In this document: positions 39,750 through 48,987 of the stretch, one piece after another
How positions within the stretch are numbered: the first letter of the stretch is position 1
Layout: every line of letters starts with the position of its first letter
NCBI GenBank assembly: GCA_026393895.1
Contig: JAPKZG010000035.1
Coordinates: forward strand, 607-64,606
Direction of reading: 5' to 3'
DNA length: 64,000 nt
Source of the DNA: Candidatus Aminicenantes bacterium
Lineage (GTDB): Bacteria; Acidobacteriota; Aminicenantia; Aminicenantales; UBA4085
Notes under the pieces: generated by a model
The model's database searches: none
What the model was told of the DNA's origin: nothing
Seen by the model: only the letters and a program-made list of their open reading frames with translations
Program-made: the position numbers and the translations under genes

Positions 39750-41744
39750 TCAGGCGAGGGGAGATCCTTTTTGCCCCAAGGCCGAAAAATAATTCTGAAG
39801 AGCCTGCCGGTCGGCGGAGGTGAGGTCGCGAAAGCGAATCCCAGTATGATAAAACGCCGATTGGGCCGAGGCTTTTTCGGAATGAACGACGTCGGCCCGG
39901 AAGGGGTTGGCTTTCTGGCCGAGGATGATCAACAAGTCCAGGACGCGGTCCTTGGCTATCCGCATGTCCGAGGAAATTCTCGCTCCGCCCGCGCTCATGT
40001 CGATGGTCCCGAAGACTCGATGGCCGCCGTTTTCCCGGCAGAGACATAACGTCGAGGTGAAAAAGCGGGGATCCCGGCGTTTTTCGGTGGCCGGCTTGTT
40101 GGAGACCGTGTTCAGAAGCGAGGTTTTGCTGATTACGGCCGCTTTGTCGCGGACGTAGGCGCAGACGCGGTTTTTATAGACGCGCTTGCTGTCGACGATC
40201 CCCAGGGCGGCCTGCCGTTTTCCCTTGGCCTCGGCCAGGGCCAATTCGGCCTCGGCCGTGATTTTCTTCAGGCTCAGTTTGGACGGGGCCAGCCCGATCT
40301 GTTCCGGGGGGAAGAGGGTGACCCCGAAGCTCATCGTCAAATTGCGGCGGGGTTGAAATTCCTGGTACTCGAAAAACCGGTCCTCGACCGCTTTCCGGAT
40401 CCGTTCGGTCAGCAGGGTCGCTTCCTCGATGGAATTGACGCTGCCGAGGAAGAACAGAAACTCCTCGCCGCCGTAGCGGCACAGAAGGTCGTCCTCGCGG
40501 ATGGCGGATTTCATCGTCACGGCGAGGTCGCGCAACAACCGGTTGCCGGCCTCCTGGCCGTTCCGGTCATTGTAGTGCTTGAACCAGTCGACGTCGCCCA
40601 TGACCATGGCGAATGTCCCTGTTTCCTTTCGGCGTTTGCTGAATTGTTCGACCTGTTGAATGACCTTTTCAAAAAACGGGTCCGGCCGGAGCAGGCCTGT
40701 GAGGGCGTCGTATTGGATGAGGTTCAACTTGGTCATGGCCAGGGCGATGTGCTCGGACAATCCCCGGAGGATTTGCGCGTCCTCCGCCGAGAAGACCGCC
40801 GGCGTTCCGACCTTGTTGTAGACCTCGATGACCCCGATAATCTCGGAAATGCTTTTCAAGGGAACGCAGAGGAGGCTCCGGAGAGGGGCGCTCAAACGCC
40901 GGTATCTTGAGGAAAAGCGCGGGTCGCCGGAGGCGTCGGCCAGGGCGATCTCCGTTCCGGACCGGGCGACGTTCGAGGCGAAATCCAGGGAAGGGAGGAG
41001 GGCGACATGCCGGGTGAAGTCGGAATGGGTGAGATAGGATTGGTCCCAAACCAGCGGTTTGAGATACGTCCCGAGCGTGTCGTTGTCCTCGAGAAGGTAG
41101 AGGGAAATGCTCCCGGCGCGGACGATCTCCTTGATGTCCGGAATGGTGTCGAGGAGGTTGTTGACGTCGGTGGCCGCATACAGTTTACGGAGGACGTTCT
41201 CGAATTGCTGGTTGAGCTTCTGGGTGCGAATGTAGCGGGCTTCGAGGGCGACCCGTTTTTCGAGTTCCTTGACGAGTCCCTCCGAAAGGGCGCTGCCGAC
41301 GCTTTTAATCTCAGCATAGACCTGTCGGAGTTTGTCTTCGGTGGACGCCTTGGACTTGGAGAGGGCCTCGACGTCGTTTTTCAGCCGGCCGTATTCATGG
41401 GCGATGGTCAGGACGCGTTTGGCTCGGGCCTGGTCCTCCGGTTTTCCGGTGAAGAGGAGATAATCGACGAACCGGTCGGAAGGATAGCTCCGAACGGCCT
41501 CTTTGAGACGGTCTTCCCGGTCTCCGACCAGGAGGAGACAGGGAACCTTGGCCAGGAGTTCGGGAAGAGGGGAGCGGCCGGCGGTCTCGATTTCAACGAT
41601 CGCTAGATCGAAAGAAGAAGACGATAAGAGAGAGACGGCTTTTTCGATTGTCGGGGAGGTGTAAACAATCCCCCGCTCATGAGCGAGATTGAACAAAAAC
41701 TCCCGCTCGGCAGGAGTGGAACTGAATATAAAAATTTTGCCCAC
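39750..41744 (-). CDS. Diguanylate cyclase: REC-like, coiled coil, GAF, GGDEF, PilZ
   Basis: DALTGL, GDVDWFKHYND, REDD I-site, RYGGEEF; PilZ motifs RRDPR and DMSAGG. Confidence 0.9.
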   Translation of the reverse strand: MGKIFIFSSTPAEREFLFNLAHERGIVYTSPTIEKAVSLLSSSSFDLAIVEIETAGRSPLPELLAKVPCLLLVGDREDRLKEAVRSYPSDRFVDYLLFTGKPEDQARAKRVLTIAHEYGRLKNDVEALSKSKASTEDKLRQVYAEIKSVGSALSEGLVKELEKRVALEARYIRTQKLNQQFENVLRKLYAATDVNNLLDTIPDIKEIVRAGSISLYLLEDNDTLGTYLKPLVWDQSYLTHSDFTRHVALLPSLDFASNVARSGTEIALADASGDPRFSSRYRRLSAPLRSLLCVPLKSISEIIGVIEVYNKVGTPAVFSAEDAQILRGLSEHIALAMTKLNLIQYDALTGLLRPDPFFEKVIQQVEQFSKRRKETGTFAMVMGDVDWFKHYNDRNGQEAGNRLLRDLAVTMKSAIREDDLLCRYGGEEFLFFLGSVNSIEEATLLTERIRKAVEDRFFEYQEFQPRRNLTMSFGVTLFPPEQIGLAPSKLSLKKITAEAELALAEAKGKRQAALGIVDSKRVYKNRVCAYVRDKAAVISKTSLLNTVSNKPATEKRRDPRFFTSTLCLCRENGGHRVFGTIDMSAGGARISSDMRIAKDRVLDLLIILGQKANPFRADVVHSEKASAQSAFYHTGIRFRDLTSADRQALQNYFSALGQKGSPLA

Positions 41745-41791
41745 GCCTACTTATCCTCCGATTCAAACCTCAGCCCGAACTTCCCAACTCA

Positions 41792-41820
41792 TTTATAATC
41801 CGTTTGTTGGGGCCTGTCAA
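41792..41820 (-). promoter_or_regulatory. Putative sigma70 promoter of the DGC
   Basis: Minus strand reads TTGACA-N17-TATAAA. Confidence 0.65.
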
Positions 41821-41884
41821 GAGTTTTTTTTGAACTGATTTCCCTTCTTTGGGCCTGTACAAAATATTCCAATACCGGCTTATT

Positions 41885-42225
41885 CCCGGAGGCAATCCCC
41901 CTCCGCTTCGTCACCTTGCAGAGAAAAGAGTCATCGCTTGAGGCTCCTTGGACCCTGACAACCAAGGGTTGTGTAGGGCGATCCCTCACGCCAAGGGCGG
42001 GGAGGACTGCAAAGCCCGCAAGGCATCGGGGAGAGCAGGGCTGGTGGATTTCCCGCCGCCCGTTGAGGGGGAACCCAATGCAAAGGATTCCCCCTCAAGA
42101 GTGACCGAGGGTCCCACTCCGCTCCGGGGGGTTGTCTCCGGGAGATCGACCGGTCTTTTCTGGAGAGAGTCCTCCAGCCGAACCGTTGGTCTGACAGGAG
42201 TTTTCAGCTCCGGAGGGGAAGCGTT
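41885..42225. ncRNA. Candidate structured RNA, family unassigned
   Basis: Consecutive hairpins across about 340 nt of intergenic DNA (see findings); no known family recognised. Confidence 0.35.
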
Positions 42226-42305
42226 CGAGGACGGGCAGCAACCGGGGAAATGGGGTGAAAACCTGCGGCCGGTATGATATATTTACCTTTTTCCAGGAGG
42301 ACAAG

Positions 42306-43976
42306 ATGATGCCGCAAGACTCGACATACCGTCCGATCCGGGCCCCGCGCGGGTCCCGTTTGCACACGCAGGGATGGAGCCAGGAAGGCGCTCTCCGGAT
42401 GCTGATGAACAACCTGGATCCCCAGGTTGCGGAAAAACCCGAAGAACTGATCGTCTACGGGGGAACCGGAAAGGCCGCCCGCAATTGGGACTGTTACCAT
42501 GCGATTGTCAAAAGTTTAAAATCGCTGAAAAACGATGAAACCCTGATCGTTCAGTCGGGGAAAGCCGTGGGAATCTTCCGGACGCACGCCGAGGCGCCCC
42601 GAGTGCTGATCTCCAACGCCATGCTGGTGCCAAAATGGGCCACGTGGGATGAATTCCGCCGCCTGGAAGGGCTCGGCTTGACCATGTACGGCCAGATGAC
42701 GGCGGGGAGCTGGATTTACATCGGGACCCAGGGCATCCTCCAGGGGACGTTCGAAACGCTTGCCGCGGTGGCGAAAAAACATTTCGGCGGAACCTTGAAA
42801 GGCCGGATCGTGGTCAGCGCCGGGTTGGGGGGGATGGGCGGCGCCCAGCCGCTGGCGGTCACGATGAACGAAGGCGTGGCGATTGTCGTCGAGGTCGACC
42901 GGAATCGGATTCAGAGGCGGCTCGACACCCGCTATGCGGACACGACGACGGACAACCTGGATGAAGCCCTCCGGCTGGCAACGGTGACGGCGAAAAAGGG
43001 CGAGCCGCTTTCTATCGCCTTGTTGGGGAACGCGGCCGATATTCTCCCGGAACTCGTCCGCCGGGGGATCACTCCCGACGTCCTCACGGATCAAACGTCC
43101 GCTCACGATGAGCTCAACGGCTACGTGCCGAACGGCCTTTCCTATGAAGACGCGCTCGCCCTGCGCACGAAAGACCCGGCCGATTACATCCGGCGGAGCA
43201 TGTCGGCGATGGCCGTTCATGTCCGGGCGATGCTCGAACTTCAAAAGCGCGGCGCCCGGACGTTCGATTACGGAAACAACATCCGCGGCCAAGCCAAGCA
43301 GGCCGGTGTCCCGGACGCGTTCGACATTCCGGGATTCGTCCCCGAATACATCCGGCCGTTGTTCTGCCTGGGGAAAGGCCCCTTCCGCTGGGCGGCGCTT
43401 TCCGGGAAACCGGCCGACATCTTCGCGACGGATCAAGCCGTGCTGGAGACGTTCCCCGAGGATGAGGCCTTGGCTCGTTGGATCCGCAAAGCCCGCGCCC
43501 AGATTAAATTCCAGGGCCTGCCGGCCCGGATTTGCTGGCTCGGGTACGGCGAGCGGGAGCGCTTCGGCGACGTCATCAACCGGCTGGTCCGCAAGGGCAA
43601 AATCAGCGCGCCGATCGTGATCGGCCGGGACCATCTCGATACGGGGTCCGTGGCCTCGCCCAACCGCGAGACCGAAGCGATGAGAGACGGCTCGGACGCA
43701 ATCGCCGACTGGCCGATCCTCAACGCCTTGCTGAACGCCGTGAACGGCGCTTCGTGGGTGTCCGTTCATCACGGCGGCGGTGTGGGAATCGGCCTATCGA
43801 TCCATGCCGGAATGGTCATCGTCGCCGACGGGCAGACGTCGACCTCCCGGCGGCTCGAGCGCGTGCTGACCGGGGACCCGGGCATGGGAGTCATCCGGCA
43901 CGCCGACGCGGGCTACCGGGAAGCCGTCGATTTCGCCCGCAAGGCCGGCGTGAAAATTCCGATGGGCGGCCGGTAA
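42306..43976 (+). CDS. hutU: Urocanate hydratase
   Basis: [67 protein letters not shown]. Confidence 0.97.
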   Translation: MMPQDSTYRPIRAPRGSRLHTQGWSQEGALRMLMNNLDPQVAEKPEELIVYGGTGKAARNWDCYHAIVKSLKSLKNDETLIVQSGKAVGIFRTHAEAPRVLISNAMLVPKWATWDEFRRLEGLGLTMYGQMTAGSWIYIGTQGILQGTFETLAAVAKKHFGGTLKGRIVVSAGLGGMGGAQPLAVTMNEGVAIVVEVDRNRIQRRLDTRYADTTTDNLDEALRLATVTAKKGEPLSIALLGNAADILPELVRRGITPDVLTDQTSAHDELNGYVPNGLSYEDALALRTKDPADYIRRSMSAMAVHVRAMLELQKRGARTFDYGNNIRGQAKQAGVPDAFDIPGFVPEYIRPLFCLGKGPFRWAALSGKPADIFATDQAVLETFPEDEALARWIRKARAQIKFQGLPARICWLGYGERERFGDVINRLVRKGKISAPIVIGRDHLDTGSVASPNRETEAMRDGSDAIADWPILNALLNAVNGASWVSVHHGGGVGIGLSIHAGMVIVADGQTSTSRRLERVLTGDPGMGVIRHADAGYREAVDFARKAGVKIPMGGR

Positions 43977-44120
43977 GCCCGGCGCCCATCTCCAACCGTC
44001 AACGGCCGGAGACGGCCGGGGACATTTTCAGACAACTCCGATTTTCGCTTTTTTCCCCCGGGGCGAAGGCCCGTTCGTGTTTTTCTCCTTTCGGCCGTTA
44101 TATTCGCCGGTTCGTGATTC

Positions 44121-44136
44121 TGGCATGAACCCGGCA
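44121..44136 (+). promoter_or_regulatory. Possible sigma54 (-24/-12) promoter of the peptide cassette
   Basis: TGGCATG-AACC-CGGCA has GG and GC at the canonical spacing, but CG replaces TT. Confidence 0.3.
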
Positions 44137-44163
44137 TTAGATCAGGCCGAAAGGAGTCATCAC

Positions 44164-44412
44164 ATGACCGATCAAAAAAAGTCGGGTGGAACGAAGGTCG
44201 TCGCCTTCATCCTGACGGCGGCGATCCTGGGCGGGGTGTTCGCGGGGAGCGGCCTGGCGCTGCCGAAGGGCATCTGCGAAACGGCCCTTGAGAGATGCAT
44301 GGTGAATGCGGCGGCGGGATTGTTCGGCGAGCTCTTGGGAATCGTTATCACGGTTTCCTCGTGTCTGGCCGGGTACGATTTTTGCCGCAAGTACGTCCTC
44401 CCGCCGAGGTGA
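44164..44412 (+). CDS. Secreted Cys-rich peptide 1 (82 aa, twin CX6C)
   Basis: AAGGAG RBS; signal-like N-terminus; core GICETALERCM...SCLAGYDFCRKYVLPPR. Confidence 0.75.
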   Translation: MTDQKKSGGTKVVAFILTAAILGGVFAGSGLALPKGICETALERCMVNAAAGLFGELLGIVITVSSCLAGYDFCRKYVLPPR

Positions 44413-44416
44413 TTCG

Positions 44417-44629
44417 ATGAAAATTTCCGTTCGAATCATTTTCCGAAGCGCGACGATTCTCCTCCTTCTGGTTCTGCTCGCGAGCGCCGGCGTCCTCGAA
44501 GCGGGCATTTGCACGGACGCGTTTAAGCGATGCATGCTCGACCCTATCAACCAGGTGACTCTGACAGGGGGGTTGTATTGCCTGAACGGATACTACTTCT
44601 GTCTTAAGTACATCGAGCCGCCGAAGTGA
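44417..44629 (+). CDS. Secreted Cys-rich peptide 2 (70 aa, twin CX6C)
   Basis: GAGGTG RBS; signal peptide to VLEA; core GICTDAFKRCM...YCLNGYYFCLKYIEPPK; paralog of peptide 1. Confidence 0.78.
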   Translation: MKISVRIIFRSATILLLLVLLASAGVLEAGICTDAFKRCMLDPINQVTLTGGLYCLNGYYFCLKYIEPPK

Positions 44630-44637
44630 TCCGTCCG

Positions 44638-44684
44638 TCCGGGGGAGGAGGGGAGCGACCCCCCCCTCCCCCCGGAATTTTTTT
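44638..44684 (+). terminator. GC-rich hairpin plus T tract between the peptides and the propeller gene
   Basis: TCCGGGGGAGG...CCTCCCCCCGGA followed by ATTTTTTT. Confidence 0.65.
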
Positions 44685-44740
44685 GAGTGGAAATGAAAAA
44701 AAAGGAACGTTGGAACGTCTTTCCAAACAGGAGGACACCC

Positions 44741-45691
44741 ATGAAGATCCGTCGGGATTTTGTTTTCTTAGTCCTGTTCGCGGTGGCGATGTGCGCCGCT
44801 TGGGGAGATTCTTTGGCGGCCCGAATCAAGCTCGAAGAGCTTTCGACGATCGGCGGTCCGGAAACGGACGCGCTGTTCCTTTGGACGGCTATTTCCGTCG
44901 ACCCGGAGGACAACGTGTTTTTCTCCGACGCACTGGACTGTTCCATCAAGAAGTTCGGCCCGGACGGCGTCCTGTTGAAGAAGGCCGGCCGCAAGGGCCA
45001 GGGGCCCGGCGAGTTTGAAAAACCCGCCGGGGTGGCCGTGATCGGCGACCAAGTCTACGCCTGGGACTTGTTTGGGCGTGCCCTTCAGGTCTTTGACCGG
45101 AACCTCGTCTATCGGGAGACGCTTTTGATGCCGGGAACCGTGGACGGCCTCGCCGGCTTTCCCGGCGGGCGAGTTGCGGCCTGTATCCGTCCGTCTTACA
45201 CCCAAGCCAAGGTTGTCGTGTTTTCCCCGGACGGAACACCGGTCCGGGAATTCGCCCTCTCCGATCCGAAGGATCCGACGCTGTTCGGCACGGTCAGCTT
45301 CGCGGTCGATCCTTCGGGAGAATCCTATTTCGGCTATCTGTTCCGCGATCTGGTCGAGAAACGGAGCGCCGCCGGAGAACGGATCTGGGCCCGGACGGCG
45401 ATAGGGGCGGGACCGAGCGCCGTGAACGACGTTCAGGGATTCAAAGTCCCGTCGGAGACGTGTATTTTGAGTCTGGCCCGGGACGGTCAAGGCCGTGTCT
45501 TCATATTGGGCGGAACGAAGGCGGTTCATCAAGGCCGGGATGTCTTTGTCTTTCGCCCCGACGGATCGGTCCTGGCTTCGCTGGTCCTGCCGGAACCGAG
45601 TCATACCTTGTATTTTGACCACCGGGACCGCCTATACGTTTCCGCCGACGGGGGCGTCACCATGAAAAAATACCGGGTGACGTTTGAATAG
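44741..45691 (+). CDS. Exported 6-bladed beta-propeller (NHL-like) protein
   Basis: GGAGG RBS; signal peptide; ISVDPEDNVFFSD, GRKGQGPGEFEKP.GVAV.GDQVYAWD, FAVDPSGESY, ARDGQGRVFI. Confidence 0.8.
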   Translation: MKIRRDFVFLVLFAVAMCAAWGDSLAARIKLEELSTIGGPETDALFLWTAISVDPEDNVFFSDALDCSIKKFGPDGVLLKKAGRKGQGPGEFEKPAGVAVIGDQVYAWDLFGRALQVFDRNLVYRETLLMPGTVDGLAGFPGGRVAACIRPSYTQAKVVVFSPDGTPVREFALSDPKDPTLFGTVSFAVDPSGESYFGYLFRDLVEKRSAAGERIWARTAIGAGPSAVNDVQGFKVPSETCILSLARDGQGRVFILGGTKAVHQGRDVFVFRPDGSVLASLVLPEPSHTLYFDHRDRLYVSADGGVTMKKYRVTFE

Positions 45692-45710
45692 GCATTCCCA
45701 GGCCCTTAAG

Positions 45711-46232
45711 ATGAGGCATCCTTCGATTGTTCTCCTAATCGCGATTTTTGCGTCGATACTTGCCTCGCCCCCCGTTGCCTCCTTTCATGCTTCCGGCGGA
45801 AGGGGCGAAGACGGCCGTCCCGTCTTCGAACGTTTCGCGCTTGTCTTGATCGATGCCGACGGGCTGGCCTGTTCTCCCTGCCTCGCGTCCCTTCTGGACT
45901 TTTGCCGGGCTGTTCCCCGGGACGTCCAGGAGGAACGGATCGTCGGCGTTCTCACATTTCGGGACGGGACCGAACCCGATCCCCGGCGGGCTCGGATCGC
46001 CCGGACGAGATGGAACGGATACAGCCGGGCCAACGACATTTGGTTTCCGGTCACCGTCGATGAAGCTCACGCGTTCAACAGCTTGAGCGAAGAGGGCACG
46101 ACGATTCTCCTGTTCGATCCTTCGACGGGAAACCTGAAGCGATGGACCGCCCCGTTCCGCCCCGGCGTCTTGCAGGAAATGACCGATTTTCTCACAACGC
46201 TGAAACCCGATATAATGGAAGCTCACCCATGA
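45711..46232 (+). CDS. Exported thioredoxin/redoxin-fold-like protein with CxxC
   Basis: Signal-like N-terminus; ALVLID...ACSPCLASL pattern (strand, CxxC, helix); TTILLFD. Start may instead be TTG 45684. Confidence 0.55.
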   Translation: MRHPSIVLLIAIFASILASPPVASFHASGGRGEDGRPVFERFALVLIDADGLACSPCLASLLDFCRAVPRDVQEERIVGVLTFRDGTEPDPRRARIARTRWNGYSRANDIWFPVTVDEAHAFNSLSEEGTTILLFDPSTGNLKRWTAPFRPGVLQEMTDFLTTLKPDIMEAHP

Positions 46233-47590
46233 TCGCAAAAGAACGCCTTTGTTTTCTCAATTCCCGGGAATCCGCCGCCGGCGATTATGTCCTTTATTGG
46301 ATGCAGGCGGCCCAACGGGCCGAAGCCAATCCGGCCCTGCAATATGCCGTCCAACTCGCCAACGAGAAACGCCGCCCCTGCCTGGCGTTTTTCGGCTTGA
46401 CCGGCGGCTTCCCCGAGGCGAATGCCCGGCACATGGCTTTTATGCTCGAAGGCCTGCGGGAAACGCAACGGACCCTGGCCGACCGCGGCATCAAGCTCGT
46501 GGTGAGGCCGGTCTCGCCGGAAAAGGGCGTCGTCGAAATGGCGCGGGCGGCTTCCCTGGTCGTGACGGACCGGGGATATCTTCGGATTCAAAAGTCGTGG
46601 CGGGCCCGGGCTGCGGCCGATTTGTCCTGTTCCTTGATTCAGGTGGAAACCGAGGCAGTCGTTCCCGTGGAAACGGCTTCGATCAAAGAGGAATATGCGG
46701 CGGCCACCCTCCGGCCGAAACTACGTAAAATCCTGGCTTCTTATCTCTCCGTCCCCCCCGAACGCAAACCTTTGCGCGACTCCCTGGGTTGGCAGGGAGA
46801 TTCGTTCGACCTGGAAAACATCGACGATATTCTCGCCGGCCTGAAGATCGACCGCAGCGTCGGCCCGTCGCCTTTTTATCGCGGCGGAACGGACGAAGCC
46901 AAAAAGCGCTTCCGCGTCTTCCTTCGGGAGCGGATCGGTCATTTCAGCGACCTCCGCAACAATCCCTCGCTCGATTATTTGTCTCATCTTAGCCCGTATC
47001 TTCATTTTGGCCAGATCTCTCCCGTGTGGCTGGCGATGAAAGCGGAGGCGACCGGGAGTCCCGGCCGGGAAGCGTTTCTCGAGGAACTGATCGTCCGCCG
47101 GGAATTGGCGATGAATTTCGTCCATTACAACGACCGTTACGATTCTCTGGAATCGCTTCCGGCTTGGGCTCGGGCAACGTTGGCCGAGCACGCCGTCGAC
47201 ATCCGGCCCGTCCTCTGCACCCGGGCGGAGCTGGAAGCGGGGAAAACGCACGATCCCTACTGGAACGCGGCCCAACGGGAAATGGCCCTGACCGGGAAGA
47301 TGCACGGATACATGAGGATGTATTGGGGAAAGAAAATCCTCGAATGGAGCGCGTCTCCCGAAGAGGCCTTCGCGACCGCCCTTTACCTGAACAACAAGTA
47401 CGAGATCGACGGCCGGGACCCCAATGGGTTCGCAGGCGTGGCCTGGTGTTTCGGCAAACACGACCGCCCCTGGGGGAAACGGCCGATCTTCGGCTCCGTG
47501 CGCTACATGAATGACAGGGGATTGCGGCGGAAATTCGACGCGGACCAGTATGTCCGCAACGTCGCCCGGCTGGAAGCGCGCGCGGATTGA
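46229..47590 (+). CDS. phr: Class II CPD photolyase
   Basis: YVLYWMQAAQRAEANPAL, SHLSPYLHFGQIS, EELIVRREL, GKMHGYMRMYWGKK, DGRDPNG, GSVRYM. Confidence 0.93.
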   Translation: MIAKERLCFLNSRESAAGDYVLYWMQAAQRAEANPALQYAVQLANEKRRPCLAFFGLTGGFPEANARHMAFMLEGLRETQRTLADRGIKLVVRPVSPEKGVVEMARAASLVVTDRGYLRIQKSWRARAAADLSCSLIQVETEAVVPVETASIKEEYAAATLRPKLRKILASYLSVPPERKPLRDSLGWQGDSFDLENIDDILAGLKIDRSVGPSPFYRGGTDEAKKRFRVFLRERIGHFSDLRNNPSLDYLSHLSPYLHFGQISPVWLAMKAEATGSPGREAFLEELIVRRELAMNFVHYNDRYDSLESLPAWARATLAEHAVDIRPVLCTRAELEAGKTHDPYWNAAQREMALTGKMHGYMRMYWGKKILEWSASPEEAFATALYLNNKYEIDGRDPNGFAGVAWCFGKHDRPWGKRPIFGSVRYMNDRGLRRKFDADQYVRNVARLEARAD

Positions 47591-47596
47591 CCCCGG

Positions 47597-48472
47597 TCAG
47601 AGCCGGCGCTCGAGGCGGAATTTTTCGACGAAATGATGCGGTTGATAGGAAAGCTTGGCCCGCCGCAGGCCGGGGATTCCGAGGTCTTCCTCGCGGTTGA
47701 TGAAGGCGAAATCCCGGAAGGCGTTCCGGACGAACTCCCGGTTCATGATCTGGGCCAGACCCTCGCAGCAGGGGCTGACGATCTCGATATGGATGACGGC
47801 CGTGTCCCGGGTCAACGGCTCGCCGATCGAGAGGGCAGCGAACCGCCCGTCCACTTCGATCGCCCCGCCCGACAGGCCGAGCGCCCTAAAATGGATCAGG
47901 GCTTCCTGAATCGCGGTTTTTTGGCCGACGGCCATGGCCGCGCCGTCGTCTTTTTCCGCAAACCATTCCTCGAATAATTTTTGGCAGGTCTCCCGATGGC
48001 TATCGTTCACGGGGATGTATCGCCAGGCATGCTCGCGTTCGAATTTCCGGATGCGGTTTCGCTTGCCGTCGAATTTCTTGCCTTGCAGTTCGGCTAGATC
48101 CTCCGTCGCGTATACGTAATCGAACGCGTCGCGTTCGGGTTCGTGAAGAAAGCCGGCGCCGTGCTTTTGGATGAAGGCGGCGGGGACGCGGACCAAACGG
48201 GGAACGACGTCGAGAAGGGTTTGGATCGTCTTCGGAATTTCGGACTCTCCGACCGGAGCGAGGGCATAGGACGGTTGCCCGGGAGGATCGAAGACGAGGC
48301 AGAGGTTCCCGCAAAGAACGGTCCAGCGGGGGCGGTCGAAGTGTCGCCAGATAAAATTATTGCCGAAGGAATACTCGCTGGCTTCGAACGGGTGCCGGTC
48401 GAAAAATTCCTGGATGACCGGCCTGTCTTCGAGGAGAAGAGGCTTGAATTCGGGGAAAAGGGGAGGATTCAT
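47597..48472 (-). CDS. DUF2156 / phosphatidylglycerol lysyltransferase C-terminal-like protein
   Basis: SEYSFGNNFIW, DYVY, GKKFDGKRNRIRKF, INREEDLGIPGLRRAKLSYQP. Confidence 0.85.
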   Translation of the reverse strand: MNPPLFPEFKPLLLEDRPVIQEFFDRHPFEASEYSFGNNFIWRHFDRPRWTVLCGNLCLVFDPPGQPSYALAPVGESEIPKTIQTLLDVVPRLVRVPAAFIQKHGAGFLHEPERDAFDYVYATEDLAELQGKKFDGKRNRIRKFEREHAWRYIPVNDSHRETCQKLFEEWFAEKDDGAAMAVGQKTAIQEALIHFRALGLSGGAIEVDGRFAALSIGEPLTRDTAVIHIEIVSPCCEGLAQIMNREFVRNAFRDFAFINREEDLGIPGLRRAKLSYQPHHFVEKFRLERRL

Positions 48473-48876
48473 TTTTTTGTCCTGACCATCACCGTGCAGC
48501 TTTCTTTGGAGCAGCCTTCGCACCAGGTCGGGTCTTTGGCCATTCCATTCGGGGCGCGAACGGTCAGGGCGAATCCGTGGCGCTCGAAATAGTCGGGGAT
48601 GACGGTCGCCAGGTAGACATCGCCCGCGGCGGCGGCCATCAACGTCTCGATCAGGCGGCCTCCGAGGCCGGCCGACCGGGCGCCCGGATCCACACCGAGG
48701 GCGACGAGTTCAAGACAATCCGGGTGGACGAGAAGCGCGACCATTCCCCAAAGACGCCCGCTTCCCTCGGCCACCCAGATTCGGTCCTCTTCCATCCCCG
48801 GGTAATCGAGGCCGAGAGAGACGGCGAGCTTCCGGATCGCTGGAATATCCGAGGTGCGGGCGTTTCGGATGAGCAT
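48469..48876 (-). CDS. GNAT N-acetyltransferase (ArgA-like short form)
   Basis: LELVALGVDPGARSAGLGGRL, YFERHGF, C-terminal CxxC. Confidence 0.8.
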   Translation of the reverse strand: MLIRNARTSDIPAIRKLAVSLGLDYPGMEEDRIWVAEGSGRLWGMVALLVHPDCLELVALGVDPGARSAGLGGRLIETLMAAAAGDVYLATVIPDYFERHGFALTVRAPNGMAKDPTWCEGCSKESCTVMVRTKK

Positions 48877-48987
48877 GACCGGTCATTATAACAAAATTTC
48901 GGGGGAGAAGAAGTGACCTTGCCCGGATGGCCGCCCGTTTGACCGATCGGGGGAGGTGCTATACAATCTCGCTCGCCGAGGTTTTAC

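Noticed and set aside
42025-42270. T-box, glycine, c-di-GMP-I, c-di-AMP or RNase P identity for the structured region
   Set aside because: Only fragments match (GCTGGTGGA; GGGGTGAAAACC lacks the T-box UGG; CTGGAGAG; GCAAA; GGGGGAACCCAA). The required partner motifs are missing or out of order.
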